Below, one piece after another: positions 1-8,765 of a DNA stretch of 64,000 bases. The stretch lies in NCBI RefSeq assembly GCF_001194135.2, contig NC_068988.1, positions 9,721,662 through 9,785,661 on the forward strand, written 5' to 3'. Each line of letters begins with the position of its first letter. The stretch's first letter is position 1. The translations under genes were made by a program, and so were the position numbers. The notes under the pieces were generated by a model. It was not told where the DNA came from, made no database searches, and worked only from the letters and a program-made list of their open reading frames with translations. This stretch comes from Octopus bimaculoides (Eukaryota).

Positions 1-193
1 GGCACATAAAAGACACCATTTCGAGCGTGGCCGTTTTCGTGCGGGTGACACGTAAAAGCACCCACTACACTCTCTGAGTGGTTGGCGTTAGGAAGGAGCC
101 TGGTGTTGCCATCCGGTTTCACTAGTCCTCAGTCAAATCGTCCAACCCATGCTAGCATGGAAAGCGGACGTTAAATGATGATGATGGTGATGA
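1..193 (+). mobile_element. SINE-like family 3 (RTE-related, (GAT)n tail), internally deleted copy
   Basis: GGCGTTAGGAAGG ... CCCATGCTAGCATGGAAAGCGGACGTTAAATGATGATG. About 20 copies in the window, e.g. 15587-15935(-), 18966-19100(-), 22010-22200(-), 33215-33323(-), 36690-37155(-), 41849-42250(-), 42547-42705(+), 48581-48920(-), 51610-51800(+). Confidence 0.8.
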
Positions 194-247
194 AATAATG
201 AATTTCTAAATCTCTCAGAGAGACTTAAGCAGTAGTGATGCTATAAT

Positions 248-696
248 GTAGTTGTATACTGCCAACTTAAGGTGACAGTTCCAATAAGGGAATATACTAC
301 TGCTGTTTAGCCCTAAGAAGCCAGATCGCTTCCTATTAGGCCTTGACACATTTCCTGTGCCCTTATCCTTACGAGGGGGAGACAAAATAGTATATCCTTA
401 CGAGAGTGAAACAGACTTCTTCATCTNNNNNNNNNNTAGTATATCCTTACGAGAGTGAAACAGACTTCTTCATCTAGCCAGTCGTGCTACTTCAGGCTGA
501 TGACGAGCAAAGACTCAGAAACATGTCCCTCAATGCAGGCTAGGCTAGGTGGAGGAGTTTGTCTCCCCCTCGTAAGGATAAGGGCACAGGAAACGTGTCA
601 AGGCCTAATAGGAAGCGGTCCAGCTTCCTAGGGCTAAACAGCAGTAGTATATTCCCTTATTGGGACTGTCACGTTAAGTTGGCAGTATACAACTAC
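248..696 (+). mobile_element. Penelope-like pLTR-type element with 139-bp inverted repeats
   Basis: 248-386 is the reverse complement of 558-696 with about 7 mismatches; a hammerhead motif lies in the spacer. Confidence 0.65.
491..533 (+). ncRNA. Minimal hammerhead ribozyme motif
   Basis: TTCAGG-CTGATGA-cGAG(CAAAGA)CTCa-GAA-ACATGT-C-CCTCAA: conserved core, 3-bp stem II, palindromic stem III, GUC cleavage triplet, stem I with 5 of 6 pairs. Confidence 0.65.
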
Positions 697-1090
697 TTAT
701 ATATATATATATAATATATATATGATGTATGTATGTATGTATGTATATAACCTTTCATCATTTGATACTGAATCACCTCCTCTAATGCTTCCTCTGTTGT
801 GGCAAGACACCTGCTCCTGTCTCTGTTTCTTTGTCACACTCTAACCTTTCTTCCTCTGACAAGTTCCCCCTCCTCAACTGCCCTGTCCCTCTGCTTGCCG
901 CATTAATTATGATAATAATACTTTCTACAATAGGTACAAGGCCTAAAATTTCGGGAGAGGGGACTAATCGATTACATAACAACGGACAAAATACTGCTAT
1001 GCGTTTCACTCGGTGTGCTAACGATTCTGCCAGTTCACCGCCTTGATAATAATAATGGTATTATTATTATTATTATTATTATTACTACTA

Positions 1091-1243
1091 TTAAACTTTG
1101 GAAGAGGCATTATGTGGATGTTGTTCACACATAAAATACCGAATGTGAAAGTGAAAATGAAAGAAGGCATTTACGAAGAAAAGAGAAAATAACAGAAAGA
1201 AAACCAAAACCAAGTCCAAAGTCTCTATCTTATCTGATACGAA
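1091..1243 (-). mobile_element. Penelope-like pLTR fragment, truncated by a gap
   Basis: Shares CATAATGCCTCTYCCAARGTTTAATAGTA with the + strand fragment at 1532-1720. Confidence 0.4.
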
Positions 1244-1531
1244 TNNNNNNNNNNNNNNNNNNNNNNNNNNNNNNNNNNNNNNNNNNNNNNNNNNNNNNNN
1301 NNNNNNNNNNNNNNNNNNNNNNNNNNNNNNNNNNNNNNNNNNNNNNNNNNNNNNNNNNNNNNNNNNNNNNNNNNNNNNNNNNNNNNNNNNNNNNNNNNNN
1401 NNNNNNNNNNNNNNNNNNNNNNNNNNNNNNNNNNNNNNNNNNNNNNNNNNNNNNNNNNNNNNNNNNNNNNNNNNNNNNNACTTTCTACAATAGGTACAAG
1501 GCCTAAAATTTCGGGAGAGGGGACTAATCGA

Positions 1532-1720
1532 GTTACTGAAGAGATTGCGAGAGTGCAATGAAATAATTTAACAAAAAAACTAAATACTGTTTATAAATTA
1601 ATAAAGGACTGAACCAGTGCATGTGTTTATTACCGGCATAATGCCTCTCCCAAGGTTTAATAGTATTTCTTTCAACACACGTATTCACATCAAGAATCTT
1701 GCACACCAAATACACATACG
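1532..1720 (+). mobile_element. Penelope-like pLTR fragment with a degenerate hammerhead (1532-1572)
   Basis: GTTA-CTGAAGA-g-ATTGC(GAGAGT)GCAAT-GAAA...TAAC; 3' part TTCAACACACG.ATTCACAT.AAGAATCTTGCA recurs at about 59237-59275. Confidence 0.5.
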
Positions 1721-1769
1721 CAATTATTATTATTATTATTATTATTATTATTTCTGCTCTTGGCACAAA

Positions 1770-1965
1770 GCCTTGAAAATTTTTGGGGAAGAGGGCTAAT
1801 CGAATATATCGACCCCAGAGCTTAACTGGTATTTATTTCATCGACCCCGAAAGGATGAAAGACAAAGTCAACCTTGGTGGAATTTGAACTCAGAATGTAG
1901 CAACGGGCAAAATACTGCTAAGCAATTCGCCCGGTGTGCTAACGATTCTGCCAGCTCGCCACCTT
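1770..1965 (-). mobile_element. SINE family 2 ((ATT)n tail)
   Basis: GGTGAGCTGGCAGAATCGTTAGCAC...CTGAGTTCAAATTCC...CTTTCATCCTTTCGGGGTCGAT...AGTACCAG. More than 20 copies, e.g. 905-1028, 4905-5108, 13310-13470, 13825-14040, 17255-17470, 30170-30395, 47540-47975, 55519-55735. Confidence 0.85.
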
Positions 1966-2622
1966 AATAAGTAAGTAATAATAATAATAATGATGATAAT
2001 AATATAGTGGACAGGAAAATAGAGGATGGATGAATGGAAGAAAGGGAGATGACTTGTGGTTGGGAGAGATTGCAAGAGTGTGTAGGGGACAGAGGTATAG
2101 AATGAAGGGATTATTTTGTAATATCCCTTGGATAGTTTGTAATATTTGCTTCAGACATTTTGCATAAATTGAGAAAGAAAAACAACAACAACAGCAACAA
2201 CAAACAGATTGTAAAAACAAATATAATGATGTTGTGGTGAAACTACAAGGCAGGAAAATATTGAAAGTAATTATCAGATTTTGCCGCTGTTGATCGAAAC
2301 TGTTCAATACTATTTAAAAAGAAAAAAAATAATAGAAAAAATAATAATGATAGATTTTAGAAGGCTTAGAACATGAAAGCTACATTTCCTGTGTCGCAAA
2401 ATCATTGTAACATACGAAACACATTACATGGGATGCCTCCAGCTGGGGCAATCTAATAACATATTTACTGCTCTGTATATGAGGGAGAAAAAATGATAAA
2501 AGAAAACTAGCAATAAAACAACATAAAACAATATATTAAAACAATAATGGATATGTATATAAGATATAAACAATATAAAGCAAATTAGTAGTTAAGTGTG
2601 TGAGGGTGCAATCCATTTGCTG

Positions 2623-2636
2623 GTTGCTATGGAAAC
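2623..2636. promoter_or_regulatory. RFX X-box-like motif GTTGCTATGGAAAC
   Basis: Matches the X-box consensus; two differences from the ideal palindrome GTTGCCATGGCAAC; 1.3 kb upstream of the candidate first coding exon. Confidence 0.35.
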
Positions 2637-3111
2637 CGTGCATATGTTCATGTGAAATGTAATTAATTTTTTTCTTTTTTCTTTCTTCTTAGCGTTTCTA
2701 TCATTGGTTTAATAGTACTGCAAGATGGTGTTTTCTTTTTGGATATTATTGTGTATGTATAAAAGTTGGTGTGTGTATGTATGTATGTATGTATGTATGT
2801 GTATATATGCATGTGTGCATGTATAGATATCTGTATGTGTCTATATGTGTGTCATTGTATGTGTTTGTATGTATAGATATATGTTTGTGTATGTATGTAT
2901 GTGTGTATGTCTATATCTGTCTATGCATGCATATGTGTGTGTGTGTCCCCGTCCATATGTATATACCTGTGTATGCATATGTATATGTTGGTGCGTGTGA
3001 GATGCTGCATGATATTGCGACATGTGCACTTAACACAGAAAATGTGCAAAAGATTGGAAATGAAAGAAGCACGCCTACTCATTTAGATGTGCCTCATCAT
3101 TAATGTGCATC

Positions 3112-3441
3112 AATGGTGAGGCACAGTTTGAGTTGAGAAAACAACTGGTTGTCAGAGGAATCGGACCATAGTGTACAGAAGAAGAAGTGACGGCACCATT
3201 TTGGACATGGTATATATACGGATGATGGCAGATGGTTGAAAAAGTGTCAGGAAAGCTATGAGGGGAAGACGCTACAGGAAAGGAAGAATGAAGAAGATGG
3301 AGACAGACGTGGTGGAAGCTGATCTCTAGATGGTCAACCTCATGAAAGATATGACTAAGGCATACAAGTGATGACATGCTGTGTTGGAGAACCACCGTCT
3401 GACCCGGTCAAGCATGGAAAAACAGATGTAAAACTGATAAT
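3112..3441 (+). mobile_element. Degenerate RTE-clade LINE 3' end
   Basis: Frameshifted remnants of the RTE C-terminus; ends AAGCATGGAAAAACAGATGTAAAACTGATAATA, similar to the family-3 tail. Confidence 0.55.
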
Positions 3442-3495
3442 ATATGTGTACATACATACATACATATATATGTACGAATATATATATTAAGTATA

Positions 3496-3730
3496 AAGGC
3501 GGTGAGCTGGCAGAAATGTTACCATGCCAGGCGAAATGCTTAGTGGTATTTCGTCTGCCGTTACATTCTGAGTTCAAATTCTGCCGAGGTCGACTTTGCC
3601 TTTCATCCTTTCGGGGTCGATTAAATAAGTACCAGTCATACACAGGGGGTCGATGTAATCAACTTAACCCCTTTGTCTGTCCTTGTTTGTTCCCTCTGTG
3701 TTTAGCCCCCTGTGGGCAATAAAGAAATAA
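3496..3730 (+). mobile_element. SINE family 2 variant with an alternative 3' tail
   Basis: Family-2 head and body, then TTTGTCTGTCCTTGTTTG...TTTAGCCCCCTGTGGGCAATAAAGAAATAA; second copy at about 45885-46098(-). Confidence 0.75.
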
Positions 3731-3951
3731 ATATATGTATTACGTATATATGTGTATATGTATGTATGTATATAAAATAAGTGATGAGTAGAGTTTATGG
3801 TAAAGTTTTATTGCATGGTTTACAACTGTTTCAACAACTTTAGTTGGAGTTATGTATATTGTTATTTTTTAAGTAGTTTGATTTGACCCCATGCAGCTTA
3901 GTTTTGTAGGTTTGTTGCAGGAGCCAGTTTAGGTGACTGAATCTGAGCACA

Positions 3952-3969
3952 ATGAGCAAAGTTCCCATG
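3952..3969 (+). CDS. Candidate first coding exon of myosin VIIa (MSKVPM; exon 3921-3969)
   Basis: Acceptor tttgttgcag at 3911-3920, ACAATG start context, six codons, then phase-0 donor ATG|GTGAGC. Same length and phase as the recalled human first coding exon (MVILQQ), but the residues are not conserved and the next exon is 19 kb away. Confidence 0.4.
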
Positions 3970-4391
3970 GTGAGCCAGTGAAATTTTAAGTAGCATGAGG
4001 CCAAATGAAACTGTTTTAGATATATCTGTCTCCAATACATAGGTACATGCCCACATGTTTTGATTAAAAATTAAAGTAAAATCTGGAAATTTTGTGGGGA
4101 TTTATAAGAAGATCATTTGTCTTCCACAACCACCTTTTTTTTAATGAAATATCTGAAATGAAAATTTAAAACTGAAGTAAATTGAAAGCAAATTAAGACT
4201 TACAAGAGACTAACATGTCTAACTGATTAATTACCAATATAAACTGACTGGTTTTCTGGGAGCAAATTTTATGATTATGGAATAATGATTAAAGTGATTC
4301 TATTAATTTACTCTTTTATGTTTCAATTATATCAACACTTAATTAGTCATTCATCCCATCAGGATTAATCAAATAAATATTAATATGTAGT

Positions 4392-4637
4392 AAAGATTGT
4401 TTGCCAACATAACATTGCAGTCCTGGTTTAGGATGAATGTTGCTGTAATTTAGCCCCAGGAGATATTGTCTCCAACTGGCTATACAACACGATCTGTGTC
4501 CTTATATTTTCAAACAAGAAAATATAAGGACACAGATTGTGTTGTACAGCCAGCTGGAGACGATGTTTCCTGGGGCTAAATTACAGCAACATTCATCCTA
4601 AACCAGGACTGCCATGTTATGTTGGCAAACAATCTTT
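4392..4637. repeat. Fold-back palindrome, two 120-bp arms and a 6-nt loop
   Basis: 4392-4511 is the reverse complement of 4518-4637 with few mismatches; loop AAACAA. Confidence 0.92.
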
Positions 4638-5742
4638 GGTATAAAGTACTGTTGCTGAATATCTCACATTGTGAGATTTAAAAATAGTAATTTCAAAATA
4701 TTAATGTTTAATCACTTCCAGGTTCTCCATTAAAATTCTGTATCACTCAGTTAAACAAAGTTCTATATATCATTATCATTATACATCCATTTTCCATGCT
4801 GGCATGGGTTGGACAGTCTGACAAGAACTGACGAGCTGTAAAATTGTATCGAGTTCCAGTGTTAGATGGTATGATTTCTATGGTTGGATGTTCTTGCTAA
4901 TAATCCTTTCTACTATAAGGAATTTTGGTGGGGGAGGCTGATCGATTACATCAACCGCCATGCATAGCTGCTGCCTATTTCTTCATCCCTGAAAGGATGA
5001 AAAGCAAAGTCGATTTTGGTGGAATTTGAAGTCGGAAACATGAAGACTGATGAAATGCCAAAAAGCATTTTGTCCAGTCTGCAAACTCTTCTGCTAGCTC
5101 ACCGCTTTTGTCCTTGCTAACAATGCCAACCACATTACAGAGTGGACTGGATGCTTAGCCTTTTTGTGCCACCACCACCACCACCATTGGGGTCACCAAG
5201 TCCCTTGTAAGACCAAAGAAGTGGAGGACTGAGTGGGAGGGCATTTGAAAGAGGTGGGGAGGTGGTTTTTGTGCCGGAGCTTACTTTCAAGGTACAAGAA
5301 GGGGAGGGGAGTGTAGGGAGAATCCTGGTGAATGGAGGGGGTGGGGTATTTTCATAAGAGTGTGAGAGGGGAGAGACTGAAGGATCAGGGGTAGGAGTAA
5401 ATTAACCACAGAGGGTAATTGTCCTGGGGGTAGTTGTCATTGTGATGGAATTGTCCTATGGAGGTGTAATTGTCCTCGAGGCGGGGGTGGGGTAGGGTAA
5501 TTGTCCTGATATGAAGAAAAGAAAGGACACACGGAATAATGTAAAAGTCTTAGTGGAATATGTAAACATCTTGGTTGGAATAACTTTGATCATGTACCTG
5601 CTCGTTCAGAACTGACCTGGGGTTAAACAGGGACAACAGACTTGTTCACTCGTTACCCAAGGCTAATGCAGGTATGTGTGTGTTGCAATCACACACACGC
5701 ACGCACACACACACACTCATGTGTGACACAGTCACTCTCTTG

Positions 5743-5773
<31 letters not shown>

Positions 5774-5802
5774 TCATATGTGTGACACAGTCACACTCTT
5801 GT

Positions 5803-5867
<65 letters not shown>

Positions 5868-6778
5868 TATGTAAAATGGTATAAAACATGCAGTAAATGT
5901 AATTATTTATTTATATGTGTCTGGCAGAAAGCCAGCCACTACACAAGACTGGAATGACAATACCATATTGATAATGGTTTCTTCCATTAAGCACAAAGCC
6001 ATTCTGTATATAGGAAAGGTGTCTACACAATTAAATCAGCTCCAACACATTGTTGTTGAAATGGCCAGCCGTATGCATAAAATATTGGATTTCTGCTGAA
6101 AGGTCTTCAGTTTAAATCCTCTGCGGTTGTGTCATTGTTTATTTTGGCAGCACACTTCAAGCTACATCTCTTAGTCTGCCAAGCCGTCTTGAATATCTAC
6201 CAATTATTATCGTTATTGTTGTTTAGCCCTAGGTCAGTCTAAATCAAGAAGAACCCATGGTAGGCATATAGCAGGTTGAATTATTTTTTTCTTTCTTTGT
6301 TTTTTTTTTGGGGGGGGGGGAGTGGTCTACATTTCTGTTGTGTGAGGTTTAGATGTGATGGGGAGAGTTGAGTGCAGCTATTTGAATGCTGATAATTTGA
6401 CCTGGCCATTGGAAGTCAGTACACACACACACATGCAAGCATACACAGAAATATACTCAGAAAGAGAGAGAGAAAGATAGGGGAAGAAACATTAAAACAT
6501 CTTGTCTTGGGAGGATCATTGCACCAGTAATGATAAACACGTGCACTGGTTCAATATCACTTCTTTAATGTTAGACATTCAGCTAAATATAACAAAGGCC
6601 CATGCTCAAAACATCATTTCCACTCCTATTTTTCCAACTAAAACTTTCACTAAGCGCCAATCTTATATATTCACTGTGTACATCTAATTGACTTCAGTTG
6701 TTTTTCTGGTTATTTGAATTTATTTTTGAGTTTCCTATGCATACATACATATATACATACATACATACACACATACAT

Positions 6779-7751
6779 CAGATGAAAGGATGAGCCTATA
6801 TGAACTGAAGACCATGCATGGATATGTCAGTAGAAAGCTCCGTGATGATAGTAACACCAATCATCAAAGCAGTTTATTATGGACGAATAGCCGGATTACT
6901 ACATTCCACTTTGAAGGGTATGTGTTTGCAATCCAGGAATAGGACATATCAACGAAATACCTGATGCACAAAAGGGATAGAGATGCAAGAAGAGCAGTAA
7001 AATGTGACAACTGATGCAGACTTTTGAGTTCACACTGAAGATATCACCCACATCATAAGCAGTTGTCCGAAAATGTTATCGCGACATTATCTACTGATGA
7101 GACACGATGTTGTAGCTAGGACACTCTGTAATGAAATCTATCAAAGGGATAATCCCGAGGACAAAGAAATAAGAACCCACAGTATGGTAGAAGCCATAAT
7201 AAAAAGGAATACTGGTGGAGTGTTCCAGTGAAGGCCTCAACAAAATGTAAGCACAACAGACTTGTTATAATGATTTGGGATAGAGAAGAGAAACTGTGTA
7301 CAGTTGTGGAAATTAGCTCCCCAGAAGATGTTAACATAAAGCTGAAGATCAGCGAAAAAGAGAACACCTATGCTGAACTATTGAAAAATATGCAGTTACT
7401 TTATCCAGATTATAAGTTCAGGTTTATACCTGTAATTACTGGAGCTCTGGGATATGTAACACACTGCCTAAATGCCAATCTTGAGAAATTAGTTTTCTCA
7501 AAACGAGAAAGGAGAAAGCTAATTCAAACACTACAGATCCAATCCATCCCTGGAACTGTAAAAATCTGTAAAACTTTCCATAAGTTTATCTGAGCATGTC
7601 TATGATATGAGCGAAAATATCCTGTTGATGTTGAGATTCGAATGAAGGAGTCTTGGATCTAGGTTAGAAACCGGTTCTTTCTCTATTGGCAAGAAATCTT
7701 GAAACAAAACTGAATAATGACATGCATGCATACATACATACATACATACAT
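6779..7751 (+). mobile_element. 5'-truncated R4/Dong-clade non-LTR retrotransposon (zinc knuckle and restriction-like endonuclease remnant)
   Basis: EGYVFAIQE, CRL...EDITHIISSC...RHDVVA, HNR(LV)IMIWD...VVEIS.P, KY-like TYAEL, FIPVITGALG; stop at 7593; 3' UTR and (CATA)n tail. Confidence 0.8.
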
Positions 7752-8519
7752 TTCAAATGAGCTGAACAAAACATAAGTCCCTCAATATTATTGAGGCTTG
7801 GTTTAGAAAATATTTTACATTTTTCTTTCTTTTTTTTTTCTTTTTGTTGTTGTTGCTTAGTCACAGAAGAAGATGAGCAACAACTTCCAATATTGAAGGC
7901 AATGGGGCAGAGAGAAGTTATTCCCCGAGCAAAGACCCAACCCAATTTTGCTTGTAGTAAAACGAAATGTAGTTATAAAAGAAAACAAAAACATACAACA
8001 GCACACTCACGGCTGTGGCGCCTATGCTCTTCAATCAGCTCAGATCTGTTTAAAAAGAGCTAATTATAGATACATATTTAATAAGTTTGTCCTTTGTTAC
8101 TATCAGATGGGTAGAGCTTTATCTGTTACTTATCTCTTTAGAAACCTATGACATATGATTTTCTTATCAGGAAATACTTCTAGATTATTCTGAAGCTGGA
8201 GTGCCACAATCAATTTTTAATGATAGTGTAACCTCATTAGTGTTTTGTTTAGTATTAAATAGATGGAGGACTGTAGAAAAATGTTGTTTCTTTTAAGGTC
8301 AGTCTCGGACATGGCTGTCCACATGTTTCACATTAGCAACATGCTTTTTGAAAAATAAAATGTTTTTGTGATACCTTAATTAGATTTTGTTTAATTGTAT
8401 GTGGCGCAGTCAGATCTCAAACATACTTCACTGCACTCAAGACAAATTCATGGACAATGATAAAATGTATTATATCAGTATTTTTTTAAATAAAAAAAAG
8501 AAAATGATAAAATGTATGT

Positions 8520-8558
<39 letters not shown>

Positions 8559-8670
8559 AGAGAGAGAGAGAGAGAGAGAGAGAGGTTTTATTAGAAAGTT
8601 TCTGAGCTGCATATGCAGTGATTCTGTTATTCAACAGCTGAGGATCATTAGTAGCCAGAAATGCCAAGAA

Positions 8671-8765
8671 CCAATCATTGGTCATTGGAAACCCGTAATC
8701 AATAAGTGTATTGTTCATAAATTGGTCCATTGGAAGCTTGTAACCAATCAGAAATCGCTATAAAA
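8671..8765 (+). promoter_or_regulatory. Cluster of six CCAAT/ATTGG pentamers followed by TATAAAA
   Basis: CCAAT at 8671 and 8744; ATTGG at 8677, 8684, 8721 and 8729; TATAAAA at 8759. Confidence 0.3.

Noticed and set aside
388-476. Exact duplication on both sides of a small gap (also 920-970/1480-1530, 36820-36948/37019-37140, 47869-47998/48019-48147)
   Set aside because: Identical sequence flanking Ns is typical of unmerged contig overlaps; treated as assembly artefacts
2244-2472. Possible two-exon minus-strand C-terminus (AVNMLLDCPSWRHPIIEQFRSTAAKSDNYFQYFPAL*)
   Set aside because: Weak donor (CAT|GTAATG), acceptors are easy to find by chance in T-rich DNA, and no protein or upstream exons recognised
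8470-8757. Minus-strand ORF RFLIGYKLPMDQFMNNTLIDYGFPMTNDWF... with an upstream acceptor-like site
   Set aside because: No recognisable homology, no convincing donor, runs into microsatellite; explained by the duplicated CCAAT-rich unit
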